NCBI RefSeq assembly: GCF_006345805.1
Contig: NC_043007.1
Coordinates: 74,152,001 to 74,216,000 of the forward strand
Direction: 5' to 3'
DNA: 64,000 nucleotides
From: Octopus sinensis
Lineage: Eukaryota
The first letter of the stretch is position 1. Each line of letters begins with the position of its first letter. A model generated the notes under the pieces. The model worked only from the letters and a program-made list of their open reading frames with translations. It ran no database searches and had not been told where the DNA came from. Positions 27,044 to 40,854 of this stretch are shown in pieces. Both the position numbers and the translations under genes were made by a program.

Positions 27044-27972
27044 ATGAACTTGCAACCATATGATTGAGAAGCAAACTTCACAGTCACTGCAAACACATCA
27101 AAGGAAGGAAATTACACTAAAATTCCCCTTTATCAGTTACTCATTGATTGGCAGTTTCCCAACACGACGATACATCTTATTCCTACTAAAGCCTTCAAAA
27201 ATATCTCCCACTTCATAAAATCACGATATTATTTTTTTCATCTACAGTCCCCAAATCTGTATATATATATATATATATATATATAGTTACAAATTGAGAT
27301 AGGGGTTGTAAATGCAACCCTCTATGGGATAACGTATATCCAATATACTGCTAGTGAAGTACCCAACAAAGTTAATACATAAATGTTAATGATTGCGATG
27401 CAATCAATTCATTTACTGTATTATATGGGCAAAGGCAAAATGATTTACCACAAATCTTGTATATATATATACACTCACAACATAACGAAAGAAAGAAAAT
27501 GGAGAATTGTGGATGTATAAATAATTTATTTGTATGATATAATGAGATTGAAAGTTTTTTTATAAAAATAATACAAATAAATTATAAATCATAAAGCTCT
27601 AAAAGAAATGGTAGATGCCAAAATCCTAAATATGTTTCGATTCATGCCCCCAGGTGATTCGTAATTCTTAGCGTTTGGGTAGGGTCATATGCTAAGAATT
27701 GGTCATCATCTTCAACTATATGGGGCAGAATCTCATCAGGGTTTTATGAGCTTATACTGCAAAGGTTAACATATTTCTTGAAAGGATACTCTTTTACTTG
27801 TTTCAGTCATTTGACTGCGGCCATGCTGGAGCACTGCCTTTAGTCGAGCAAATCGATCCCAGGACTTATTCTTTGTAAGCCTAGGACTTATTCTATCGGT
27901 CTCTTTTGCCGAACCGTTAACTTACGGGTACGTAAACATACCAGCATCGGTTGTCAAGCGATGTTAGGGGGA

Positions 27973-28014
<42 letters not shown>

Positions 28015-28414
28015 TACATACATACATATACACCACGAGCTTCTTTCAGTCTCCGTCTACCAAATCCACTCACAAGGCTTTGGTCGGCCCGAGGCTGTAG
28101 TAGAAGACACTTGCCCAAGGTGCCATGCAGTGGGACTAAACCCGGAACCATGTGGTTGGTAAACAAGCTACTTACCACACAGCCACGCGTCTGTATTTAG
28201 CTAGTGAATTATAGATGTAAGTAAAGATAAAATAAAATAAACATACAAATAACATACAAATAAAGGTAAAGAAGATATAAGATAAAAAGTAAAGAAAAAT
28301 ATATATGTGAAAAATTTGACCGTTAATATAAGTATCTTGAAAGCTTTACATGTAAACCCTTAGCCGTCAATATATAAAATGTATATATTTATATTTATGC
28401 ATTTATACATTCGT

Positions 28415-28445
<31 letters not shown>

Positions 28446-28759
28446 CAGGGTTGGCTAAAAGTCACCCGATAGTAAATCAAAATTCCATAAATACTATCTG
28501 TAATTCTGTATTGACACGAATGGGAAAATGTGTCCCTCGGGGACTTCAGTTTGAACAATTTTCATGATGTTTCATATTTAAATGCTTTTATTAAATTCAT
28601 TCAGTTGTTGAACATAAATAAATCTTGGAATTAAACGGTTTTTGATTTACTGTCAGGTGACTTTTGGCCAACCTATATATTTGTGTGTGTGCGTGTGTGT
28701 GTGTGTGTGCGTGTGTGTACTATGTATTTACACATAAACACACATATGAGTATATTCTC

Positions 28760-28798
<39 letters not shown>

Positions 28799-29302
28799 TT
28801 GCATAGCAAGTTACTTGATCTGAGATCGTGTGCTGAAACAAAAACAATTGCAGCGTGGAAGGTGTTTATAAGCCATTTAAGAGTAAGCGTGTCTGTGGAG
28901 TGCTCAGCCACTTGCACGTTAATTTCACGAGCAAGCTGTTCCGTTGATCAGATCAACCGTAACCCTCGTCGTAGTAACCGACGGAGTGCCAGTTTTTTTT
29001 TATAGTTTTTTTTTATAGTTTTTTTTAAAGCCTGTATAGAGGGTTGAATGGGGCAGAAAACTGAAGTGCTGCCCCATGTAGCATCCATTCTAGCTATACC
29101 ACATTCTAGCATCCATTCTAGCTATACACAACTTCTCTTTTATATATAAAGATATATATTACTGTAATAATCTCTAACATATTGTCGAGACTTTCTCCTT
29201 ACAATGATAGTGATAAACTAGTGAAATTTTTGGATTATTTAATTCCCAATGAGAACCTGACATCCTCGAATTGTTTATATATATATATATATGTGTGTGT
29301 TT

Positions 29303-29339
<37 letters not shown>

Positions 29340-30518
29340 GTCTTTTTCTTTTCTCATGATGTGATAGCTGTAAAAGTGTGTCACCAAAATACAAGCAGTG
29401 TCGTTTGTTTTTAGTCTTCTATGTAAACATGTTTGGTCTTGAGGAAATATTACCTTCCTTGGATACAGGCGAGGATTGGCGACAGGAAGGGCGTCTGGCT
29501 ATAGAAAAATCTGCCCCAACAAATTCTATCCGATCTATCTGAGTCTGGAAAAGCGGATGTAAAAAGAATGCTGAGAAGGGTGGATTGATCACATACTTAG
29601 ATTGATAAACGTACAAGCTCTACACATCGTTATGTTACCACCGTTACCAGTTATACAGTGGTATAGCTAGAATGGATGTTACATGGGGCAGCACTTCAGT
29701 TTTCTGTCTCATTCAACCCCCTATATAGGCTTTAAAAAAAATATTTTTAAAAATTGGCACTCCGTCGGTTACTACGACGAGGGTTTCAGTTGATCCGATC
29801 AACGGAACAGCTTGCTCGTGAAATTAACGTGCAAGCGGCTGAGCACTCCACAGACACGTATACTCTTAATGTAGTTCTCAGGGAGATTCAGCATGATATA
29901 GAATGTGACAAGGCCGGCCCTTTGAAATACAGGCACTACTAATTTTTGCCAGGTGAGTGAACTGGAGCAATGTGAAATAAAGTGTATTGCTCAAGCACTT
30001 GACGCGTCGCTGGGAATTGAACTCACGACTTTATGATCGTGAGCCGAACACCCTAACCACTAAGCCACGCACCTTCTCATATAGGCTTATACAGCAAACA
30101 CAAAAGCACTTTCACGATAAAAAGTGTTGTCCAGGGTGGAGCATACCCATCCTCGCTAAGCTACTGCAGTTAGAAGCAATTTTAGTTGAATTTTTTCATT
30201 TGATCTCGGATATCTGTGATGCATCGGGGCGAGTGCCAGGTATGAATGAAGTTCTGCAATTATTGGAGAAGATAACATTTAAATAAACTGAAATAGCTTT
30301 TCTCTGTGCATGGAAATAAATTACTCTTTCCCAGCAATATTTCTGAATGCAAATGTTGGAATTCTCCCCGTACTTTTTACCACCAGTTTTATATACAATA
30401 GAGGGATATTTTTTTTTCTTTTTGATAAAGAATTGATAAAGCAAAATTTTTTTTTCCGTGTCCTCTTTGTTCTCTCAACCAGTTTTTCTGTTGTTGCTAA
30501 ACCCACTCTTTTCAGCTT

Positions 30519-30603
<85 letters not shown>

Positions 30604-31412
30604 TTCCTCTCCCCCTCCTTTGTTTTGTTTACCTCTATTGTTTTCCATCTCAGCTTCTCTCTCTCCCAACTATCCTTCTTCGCCGCACTAATTTATTCTC
30701 TCTCCTTCCTCCCCTTCTCATTCTGATTCTGATTTCCTATGATTCTAATTCTAATTCTACTACCAACACATTCTTTTCTTGGAACTCTATTCTGCTACCT
30801 GCTGCTTCATTGTCTGTCGTATCTGTCTCTCCTTTCAAGGACTAACAACGCCGAACGATCTATTCTCCATTTTCTATTTAGTGTTATACATACACGTTTG
30901 AGCCCATCTTTGTTAGTTTCCTTTTCACTCCAGTTGAAAGACTTTTTACTGTTTCGTTCTCACTTCGTCCTGTGTTCTCTTTGTCTTGACAAACTAATTA
31001 TTTTGTATCCTTTGCATTTGTTTAATAGATCTAAACATCTCTTGTACCTAATTTTATGTAAAGTTTTTTACACTTGTAGTTGTCCTGTCTTATTGTTTCA
31101 TCCTTTTGTTGTGTCCTGTTCTCACAAAAACGATTCCCATGTCACATTTGTTATAAATTTATTTACACTCTGAAATAAGTAGCCTTGTTGATAATTTGCT
31201 GAAACAGCCTTAATTTTCATTGAGCAGCTGATGAAGGGAGAGTAGTATACATCTTTGTGGGGTTTTTCTTATGTGCATTTTTGCTGTGTGTACACAATTT
31301 TTCTATTTATGTGCACACATACACACACTCATCCGCATGCATACACAAAACATTCTGCCTACCTGTCATTGAGGGTGCGATTTTTTTATGTGTATATGTA
31401 TATTTATGTATG

Positions 31413-31477
<65 letters not shown>

Positions 31478-31748
31478 TGTGTGTAAATAAAACAAAAACA
31501 CAATAGAGGACATTAAAACATTCGGACAGATAGACGATACAAAGGCAGACAAGAGAAACAACAATTAGGACAGGCAAAAAATAAAAAAAAACACGTGTCA
31601 TTCGTGGCTTTCTTTCCTCAGTCAAGTTCCAGAAGTCACAACCGTTTCGGGCAGTTAGATTTGAGATGGTCCGATTTGCTTGCCCCCAAAAAGTCTAAGC
31701 TATATATATATACGTAAAGAGAGAGAGAGAGGGGGTAGATAGACAGAC

Positions 31749-31828
<80 letters not shown>

Positions 31829-32265
31829 CCTCCTCATCACCATTTAACATTTTCTTTTGCATGAGATGAAATTTGAAGCAGGTTTTCTATGGCAGGATGC
31901 CCTTCCTGTTCTCAGTCCTCACCTATTTCCAATCGTGGTAATATTTCCCCAATTGCTGCTCATTTGCTTTTCCATGATGTCAGAGTATACACATACATAC
32001 ACCACCTTGAGGATTTTGTAGTCAAACGAATCGATACCTAATATCTTTTTAAGCCTGGTAAGTCATGGCCATGGTTGACACGTGTATGTTATGTATATAT
32101 ATAAGGTGCAGGCGTGGTTGTGTTATTAAGAAGCTCACTTCGCAAGTACTTGGTCTCAGGTTCAGCCTCACTGGATGACACCATGGGTAAATGTGTTCTG
32201 CTATAGCCCCAGGTCAACCAGTTCTCTGTCAGTGAATTTGGTAGACAGAAATGTGTGGAAGCCTG

Positions 32266-32340
<75 letters not shown>

Positions 32341-33144
32341 TGTCTGTCTGTGTGTATGTGTCTTTGTTTGCCACTCCCTTCTGCTTGACTGATTTGTTTA
32401 CATCCCCGTAACATAGCAGCTCAACGAAAGAAGCTGATGGAATCAGTAGCAGTCTTAAAAAAAAAACATAAATACGGAATTGAAATGTTCAACTAAAACA
32501 CTTCAAAGCGATGCCCCAGCATGGCTGCAGCCTGAAGTCTGAAACAAGCAAAAGAAGGTAAATGTGTGACTAGAAATGGTACTTACATTCAGAAAAGACT
32601 GTTTCCTAATATTTATGCTAACTCTACAGTCATGCAAGCATGTTTAACTTTGAACAAATAGGCATAGGCGTGGCTGTGTGGTAAGACGCTTGCTTCCCAC
32701 CCACATGGTTCCAGGTTCAGTTCCATTGTGTGACACCTTGGACAAGTGTCTTCTATAGCTTCGGGTCGACCAAAGCTTTGTGAGTGGATTTGATAGACAT
32801 AAGCTGAAAGAAGCCCATCATATATATATATATATATATATGATGTAATCTTCACTTCCCTGAAGAGAAGATTACATTGTGTTACACCAGTTATTCCTTT
32901 GGAATAATATCAGTGAAATCTTCGAAACATATGTCGGAAGCAAAAGTATTTGAATTACACCTGCGTTAAACTCCATTTATTTATTTATATATCATACAAA
33001 AAATTCTACGTAAACCCGAAGTTTCTACCTTTAAAAACATCACCTCTTGTGTGATTTTTTGCTACCCTGGTAACAATTTATCTATTTTTTCCGTGTTAAT
33101 TGTTAACAAGGAAAAAATACACTCATCTATTTATATATATATAT

Positions 33145-33530
33145 ATATTCTCTCTGGCTAATTCCCAACAGGAAGGTCAGTTGGAAAGCTACTCTTGCGC
33201 TTCAAAGGCAAACTAAAAGACAATCTGAAGTGATGCAACACTCCCTTTTCTTCCTGGGAAAACAAAGCATCAGAACACAGGACCTGGCACCAGTCTTGCT
33301 TCTCCTCGGTTCAAAGATTTGAGCAAAGTTGGATCCAACATCGGAACCAACTTTGTGCAAGCATGAAGGCACTCTGACAAAACGCTGCTCCTCTAAATGG
33401 AAACCTTACCAGTCATTGTGGTTTTGTGGCACGAAGCAAAGCAGGCCTCAGGAGACACATTCGTGTCCATAGAACATGATTATCGCTTTATTTAACTGAA
33501 TCCCCATTTGTCGTTCACGACGAGAGAATC
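33145..33530 (+). mobile_element. RTE-like LINE 3' end inserted in (TA)n
   Basis: Translates G.SVGKLLLRFKGKLKDNLK and CGFVARSKAGLRRHIRVH (a C2H2-like C-terminus). Confidence 0.7.
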
Positions 33531-33871
33531 CATATATATATATATAACGAGTGTATGTCTTTGTGTCTGTGTTTGTCTCCTGCCACCACTTGGCAACCGG
33601 TGTTGGTGTGTTTGCATCACTGTAACTTAGCAGTTCGGCAAAATACCGATAGAATAAGTGCTAGGCGTTAAGAAAAGAAATTACTGGGGATGATTCATTC
33701 TACTAAAAATTCTTCAAGGTGGTGCTCCAGCATGGCCGCAGTCTAATGACTGAAACAAGTAAAAGATAAAAAGATAAAATACATCATAATTTTACTTGTA
33801 TGCATCCTGCCAGCTACTGACTCCACTAGATACAAGAAATAGTGACCAAAATCCCCTTAAATCACACCTTA

Positions 33872-34130
33872 TCTCTGATATAAAATCCGTTCTGTCTGTC
33901 TCTGTGTGTGTCTTATAGGATCTCGAGCATTCTCCATCAGATTGCGCTCAAATTTGATATGTAGATACCGACGGTATCCGGGCGTGTATAAGTTTTGAAA
34001 AAAATTATAAAAGTCGATTCCAGGTGAGAATACGATCGATAAAGCCGTGGGAACGTGCATTTGTACGCGCAAGTATATCAGCACCGTCCATTGGATGGGG
34101 GACGTTTTGCTCGTTGTCTTATAAAAAGTA
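33872..34130 (+). mobile_element. Possible non-autonomous Helitron 5' fragment
   Basis: a|TCTCTGATATAAAA followed by (TCTG)n and 'aaatttgatatgtagata', which resemble HINE/Helitron 5' ends. Confidence 0.4.
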
Positions 34131-34326
34131 AAGAACACATTAGATAACATGATTGTAGAAAACAATTTTTAAGATGATAAGATTATAATCGTTGAAGTTC
34201 TTTAATTTCTAGATCTGCTTGATTAGGGTTGATCAAGACTAAAGAACCAGAACAACAGATGGTATTCTTAGATATCAGAAGATATCAGAGCCAAATGAGT
34301 AAATTTAATCTTAGTCTATTTGTATA

Positions 34327-34581
34327 ATAAATAAATAGACTTTTAAAGCCTAGCCAGGCTCATGGGCCCGGATTCCCGGTTTCAATGGCACATGTGTTCC
34401 CTAGCTGGACAGGACGCCAGTCCATCGCAGCCTTACTCATTTTTGCCAGCTGAGTGGACTGGAGCAACGTGAAATGAAGTGTTTTGCTCAAGAACACAAC
34501 GCGTCGCACGGTCCAGGAATCGAAACCACAATCTAATGATCATAATACTGACACTCTAACCACTAAGCCACGCGCCTCCAC
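34327..34581 (-). mobile_element. SINE with CORE-like plus V-domain-like body
   Basis: 14-bp TSD AGTCTATTTGTATA. Contains (reverse complement) tgcgatggactggcgtcctgtccag. Confidence 0.85.
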
Positions 34582-36117
34582 AGTCTATTTGTATATAACA
34601 AATTACAAATACTGACAGTATAGAGTTTGAAAACGATATTGTGGTTACTTTTCCAAGGGGTCAAGTATTGAGTTTTCATTTGAAGATTGAATCGGAATAT
34701 TGTTTTCTTTCATTTTTAACACTTTTGCTGTATATCGAAAAATTTAAACAATTGGTCTTTTCTATGGTTCTTAGTAAACTTTTACCATTATTGTAAATTA
34801 AAGTTAAACCCTTCAGCATTCAGATTATTCCATCAAATCTAATATTCCTTTATACACATTGCTTTAAATTAATCATGTATTATCTTGTAGCTTTGTGATT
34901 TTGATAATGATATCATCATCATCATCATTCAACGTCTGTTTTCCGTGCTAGCCTGGGATAGAAAGTTTGACAGTAGACAGTAGATAGCAAGCCGGTGAAC
35001 TGCACCAGTCTCCAATTGTTGTAAAGTAGTTGGCGTTAAGAAGGGCATCCAACCATACCAAAAGAGTGCACTGGCTGCTTTGCATGTGGCACAAGCATGA
35101 GGACTTTTACATGGTACCAGCAGGGTCGTCAAGTAGCTTACAAGACAAAGTAGGACCTGTGATTGACTTGTGATGTGATTGCAAGACCTTTGATTAACCT
35201 TTGATGTAATTGTCAATTTTTAGAATGACATGGCAGGGCAGGTAAGAGGCTAGATCTGGTCAGTTTGAAAATGAAACAGGTAGATTATTTGAACCAGATT
35301 TGGCTGGTTTAAACTTTAATAGTAAAAAAAAATTACGCATTATTTTAAAACAGTTGTTATCTAACCGAAATCAAGGAACCAAACCAAGAATTTACTCTTA
35401 CTATCCAACCCTACTCAGAATCTGGGGTGCATCTTGTTACTTGCATGATTTGGGAGCGCCAGTTCAGACTGTTTGGTCATGTTGCTCGTGTTTCCAATTT
35501 AGACCCTGCTTACCGTGTTCCCTTCACCGAGCATCTTGTTGGGTTGATGGCTTATGTTGGTCGATCACACACCACATGGTCACGGTAGATGAGCTGGCAG
35601 AACCACTAGCACGCCAGGCGAAATGCGTAGCCGTATTTCATCTGCCGCTACGTTCTGAGTTCAAATTCCGCCGGGGTCAACTTTGCCTTTCATCCTTTCG
35701 GGGTCGATAAATTAAGTACCACTTACGCACTGGGGTCGATGTAATCGACTAAATCCGTTTGTCTGTTCTTGTTTGTCCCCTCTATTTTTAGCCCCTTGTG
35801 GGTTATAAAGAAACGGGTAGATGAGGAGGTATCTTGTGGAGGTGGCTGCTTACTGGGACTCTTTTCAACGGGTCTCTCGGGAGGACCCAGGAATATACCA
35901 ACAAATGATGACTGCAGCAATGTGCTGCAGCAGTGCATGCTCCCACATCTGAACTATCCAAAAAAAAAAAAAAAAGAATTAATGCAGAAAGTTACGAGGA
36001 CTAATGTTGTTCACATTAAGTACTTTTCAATCTTAATAACAAACAATCTTTTATGCATAAATATAATTATAGATTTATTTTGCAAAATTTCTGATGTGAA
36101 ATCGTGTGTTGAAACAG

Positions 36118-36468
36118 ATATTGTTGTATTTAGGAATGGTCATTTTGCCAGTTTAGCCAATAAAAACACACGCACTATATATTTGGTGTTACTTTGCTTC
36201 AGCGTTATTTATTTTTTACATTAATCTTAATCTTATACACATACAATAGGAATACAAAATACAAAATTGTTGACCGTTAGTAAGGAGAGACACACAAATA
36301 AGAAAGAAGAAAGCAAAGGACCACTGATGCGGTCACAGGAGTGTGACGAAAGAACTCTGGCCGAAATAAGATTAAGATTAATGTAAAAGATAAATAACTC
36401 TGAAGCAAAGTAACGTGTGTTTTTATTGGCTAAACTGGCAAAATGACCATTCCTAAATACAACAATAT
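36118..36468. repeat. Inverted repeat with ~105-bp arms (55 bp perfect)
   Basis: 36118-36172 is the exact reverse complement of 36414-36468. Pairing continues between about 36186-36236 and 36366-36413. Confidence 0.9.
36318..36362 (+). ncRNA. Degenerate minimal type I hammerhead fold inside a fold-back element
   Basis: GGACCA-CTGATGC(G)-GTCAC aggagt GTGAC-GAAAG AA CTC-TGGCC. Stems I, II and III all pair, but there is an A9C change and an extra G. Confidence 0.5.
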
Positions 36469-36532
36469 AATTATGGATGTAAAATTTTGGGCTGAATTTT
36501 AAAACAAAGCTATTTTTCTTCTCTGTTTTTAG

Positions 36533-36684
36533 CCTATAAAGAGTTTCCACCGGACTTATTCACAAATGAACAGCGATATCATGGTGCTATGGTTTTGCAT
36601 TTTATTTTGGGTTTATATATGTTTTATGCATTATCAATCGTATGCGATGAATATTTTGTGACATCTCTCGACAAAATATGTCAG
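36533..36684 (+). CDS. SLC24A: SLC24/NCKX exon: (A)YKEFPPDLFTNEQRYHGAMVLHFILGLYMFYALSIVCDEYFVTSLDKICQ
   Basis: Polypyrimidine acceptor ttctctgtttttAG, donor CAG|GTAAGT. Encodes the NCKX TM1 motif 'HGA..LH....YMF.AL.IVCDEYFV.SL..IC'. Confidence 0.95.
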
Positions 36685-37460
36685 GTAAGTAAATTTTCTG
36701 CTGATTTCTGTTGCGTTAAATATGACGCTAACATTTTTGTATCATATTTGAGTGCCATATACACATACATGCATATAGACACACATAGACGCATAGACAC
36801 ATACACACGTGCACGCCCACACGCGCACACAAAGTTAAATTATGCAAATAGAGATAAGAATTATTATCTAATTAACTCATTTCCTGTATTGAATTACAAA
36901 TCTATTTACTGATATCTCATTCTAACATTTTTAGCTTGAGAAATGGTTTCATATATATAGAGAGAGTGAGAGATAATGCTGGAAATAAACTAAGACCTCT
37001 CGGGCTAGATACATAAAATATACATACATTATAGGCACAGGAGTGGCTGTGTGGTAAGTAGCTTGCTTACCAACCACATGGTTCTGGGTTCAGTCCCACT
37101 GCGTGGCACCTTGGGCAAGTGTCTTCTACTATAGCCTCGAGCCGACCAAAGCCTTGTGAGTGGATTTGGTAGACAGAAACTGAAAGAAGCCCGTCGTATA
37201 TATGTATACATATGTATGTGTGTGTGTGTATATGTTTGTGTGTCTGTGTTTGTACCCCCACTCACCATCGCTTGGCAACCGATGCTGGTGTGCTTACGTC
37301 TCCGTAACTTAGTGGTTCGGCAAAAGAGACCGATAGAATAAGTCCTAGGCTTACAAAGAATAAGTTCTGGGGTCGATTTGCTCGACTAAAGGCAGTGCTC
37401 CAGCATGGCCGCAGTCAAATGACTGAAACGAGTAAAAGAGTATACATATATACGTGTCAA

Positions 37461-37960
37461 TAGAGGGAAGACAAAGACCAGAGATATTCAGACGATGCGC
37501 ATTCATATATAAATATATCGATATTTATATATTAACAGAGCAGATTTACACAGAGGGCAAAGACACAGAAAACTAAGGGAAGGAAATATGGTATTTCAGA
37601 TCCGACATCTGTTTCTGGGGGCTCGGAATTACGTAATAATGTTGGCAGATGCAATTCGCAAAAATTCTAGAATCTAGATATCATTCTCTCCACCTTGATG
37701 ACAGTGGCCGGATTCACCTAATGTTTATATACATTCGTCACTCGGTGTATATTCTTGACTTTTTGCAAGCTACATCTGCCGATGTTATTACGTAATTCCG
37801 AGCCCCAGAAACAGCTGTCGGGTCTGAAATGCCATACCTTCTCCCCTTAGTTCTCTGTGTCTTTGCCCTCGGTGTAAATCTGCTCTGTTAATATATAAAT
37901 ATTTATATATTTATACAGGAATGTTCATCGTCTGAATATCCTCAGTCTTTGTCTCTCTAG
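37461..37960. repeat. Inverted repeat with ~200-bp arms and ~95-bp spacer
   Basis: For example gggctcggaattacgtaataatgttggcagatg versus catctgccgatgttattacgtaattccgagccc, and cagagcagatttacac versus gtgtaaatctgctctg. Confidence 0.9.
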
Positions 37961-38196
37961 CTCAAACGATTTTATTTGTTCAGTTGCATCATTATCTCCA
38001 TATTTGCTCACATGGCTTCCTCTTACAGCCGTTCTTTACCCCAACAGACTTTAGTCCTCGGTAAAGATTTCCGCTTGTAACTTCAAATCATTTGTGCGCA
38101 AATGTTTTCTGTATTGGGCGTCTCTGGATATCATCTCTTGACTCTCTCTCTCTCTTTTTCTCTCTCTCTCGCTCTCTCTCCCCCCTCTCTCTCTCA

Positions 38197-38288
<92 letters not shown>

Positions 38289-38568
38289 GACTGTCTATAT
38301 ATATATATATATATATTTCAAAATTTGAAACCTGTATTCCCTCCGTCTCCCCTCTCTGTCTGTCCGTCTCTCTCCCTTTCTCTTTCTCTTTCTTCCTCTC
38401 CCTTATTCTCCCCGCTCTCTCTTTATGTGTGTGAGCATATTTCTTTCTCTCTGTACGAGGAGAGAGAACGTGCTTATGTCAATTATGTTCAATTAATAAA
38501 CTGTAATCTCTCTCATTCACTCATTCACTCACTTTTTCTTTCACTCACTTTCTCATCCTCTTTCACTT

Positions 38569-38604
<36 letters not shown>

Positions 38605-39295
38605 TTTCTATCTATATACGTGTGTTTGTGCGCGCGCGTGTATTTATAAACAATGATTATGTCATAATATAATCATATAATGCACTTACGAATACAAGCT
38701 GTGTGTGTGTGTGTGTGTGTACGTGTGTGTGCATGTGTGTATGTGTATGTGTCTGTGTGTGTTTGTTTTTGTGTGAGAATTGTACTGGTTAATGCACTGA
38801 AAAGCGAAGATGATTTCTTAGCCCGGCTGTTGACCTTTCACCACAGATGTTGCAATAAATGCCTCTTCTTAACTAATTCCAATTCAAAGTTTTTGGTATT
38901 TTCCATTTTGTACAGACATGTCAATAGACATATATGTCTGTTTTCCAACCTATTAATAGAAAGACATTTACTGCAGGATTAGCTGGTATGTTATTTCAAG
39001 AGGCCAAGATTTATAAAGATGCTTCGGCTTCTATGGCTATGAAAAGTTTTGGTACACTCGTTTTGGTGCCGCCTGCTTGGCATTGCTGGTTCAATACTCT
39101 TTTACTTGTTTCAGTCATTTGACTGCGGCCATGCTGGAGCACCGCCTTTAGTCGAGCAAATCGACCCCGGGACTTATTCTTTGTAAGCCCAGTACTTATT
39201 CTATCAGTCTCTTTTGCTGAACCGCTAGGTGACGGGTACGTAAACACACCAGCATCGGTTGTCAAGCAATGCTAGGGGGACAAAGACAGACACAC

Positions 39296-39407
<112 letters not shown>

Positions 39408-40194
39408 CGACAGGCTTCTTTCAGTTTCCGTCTACCAAATCCACTCACAAGGCATTGGTCGGCCCGGGGCTATAGCAGAAGACACTTGCCCAAGATGCCA
39501 CGCAGTGGGACTGAACCCGGAACCATGTGGTTGGTTAGCAAGCTACTTACCACACAGCCACTACTTATTTCATAGTCAGACGTTTTAATGTTTTATTTTG
39601 ATATGTCTTGTGTCCAAGCCGGTGAGCTAGCAGAGTCGTTAGCACACCTGACAAAGTGCTTGACAGCATCTCGTCTGTCTTTACGTTCTGAGTTCAAATT
39701 CTGCCAAGATCTACTTTGCCTTTCATCCTTTCGGAGGTCGTTAAAATAAATACCTTTTGAGCACTGGGGTCGATGTAATCGACTTACCCATCCCCAATCT
39801 TTGAGATTTCAATATCACTCACGTAGGGTATTCACAGTGTGTGTGTGTAAAATTTGTCAAAGACACTTTTGTTGAAGCTGGTCCTGCTAATTAACATGAT
39901 ATAATGAATCTGACATCTATGCTTCACAGCCACACAACAAAAGGAGAACATACATGGTCTGAACCTCGATAGTTTAAATTCATATATATATATAGCAATA
40001 ATAATTCTCTAAAAGAGATATAGACAGTAACTGCTCCATAACATAAGGGACTAAAGCCATCTGAATATGGCTAGGGACAGGGCAGGGTGGTGGGGGTGTT
40101 ACTGTTGCATTTAGCCCCAGGCGAACATCGACGTCGCCAGATAGGCTTGACACCATCACGGTGTCCTTTAACCTGCAAAGGGAGATAATTCCCC

Positions 40195-40274
40195 GATGAA
40201 GCGGAAACCACACACGGACCATGGTTTCAAGGTGTATTGCCTATCATCAACGTGTGGTAGGCCTCCGCTTCCTC
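40195..40274 (-). ncRNA. Second copy of the same hammerhead fold; predicted cleavage between 40217 and 40216
   Basis: Reverse complement of 40632-40711 with one substitution in the distal stem. Confidence 0.75.
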
Positions 40275-40631
40275 GACGAAATCTCACTCTGCAGGATATT
40301 CATATATAGATTTTCAAGCAAAATACATTTGCTGATTTCGAAAATCTGTTCGACAGCAATAATAATTCTCTAAAAGAGATATAGACAGTAACTGCTCCAT
40401 AACATAAGGGACTAAAGCCATCTGAATGGGCTAAATGCAACAGTAACACCCCCACCACCCTGCCCTGTCCCTAGCCATATTCAGATGGCTTTAGTCCCTT
40501 ATGTTATGGAGCAGTTACTGTCTATATCTCTTTTAGAGAATTATTATTGCTGTCGAACAGATTTTCGAAATCAGCAAATGTATTTTGCTTGAAAATCTAT
40601 ATATGAATATCCTGCAGAGTGAGATTTCGTC

Positions 40632-40711
40632 GAGGAAGCGGGGGCCTACCACACGTTGATGATAGGCAATACACCTTGAAACCATGGTCCGTGTGTGGTT
40701 TCCGCTTCATC
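40632..40711 (+). ncRNA. Type I hammerhead ribozyme fold; predicted cleavage GUC^ after 40689
   Basis: Stem I CACACG/CGTGTG, core TTGATGA, stem II AGG-CAATACA-CCT, GAAA, palindromic stem III ACCATGGT, C17, and a distal stem-I extension GAAGCGG/CCGCTTC. Confidence 0.75.
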
Positions 40712-40854
40712 GGGGAATTATCTCCCTTTGCAGGTTAAAGGACGCCGTGATGGTGTCAAACCTATCTGGCGACGTCGATGTTCGCCTGGGGCTAAATGCA
40801 ACAGTAACACCACCCTGCCCTGTCCCTAGCCATATTCAGATGGCTTTAGTCCCT

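Noticed and set aside
30739-31173. 144-aa hydrophobic ORF
   Set aside because: It is pyrimidine-rich low-complexity sequence with no recognisable motif or splice signals.
31195-31260. CAGCTGATGAAGGG resembling a hammerhead core
   Set aside because: No closing stem II or GAAA follows it.
31605-31665. Minus-strand GAAACGGTTGTG...CTGAGGA as a permuted hammerhead
   Set aside because: The cleavage triplet would be GUG and stem I does not pair.
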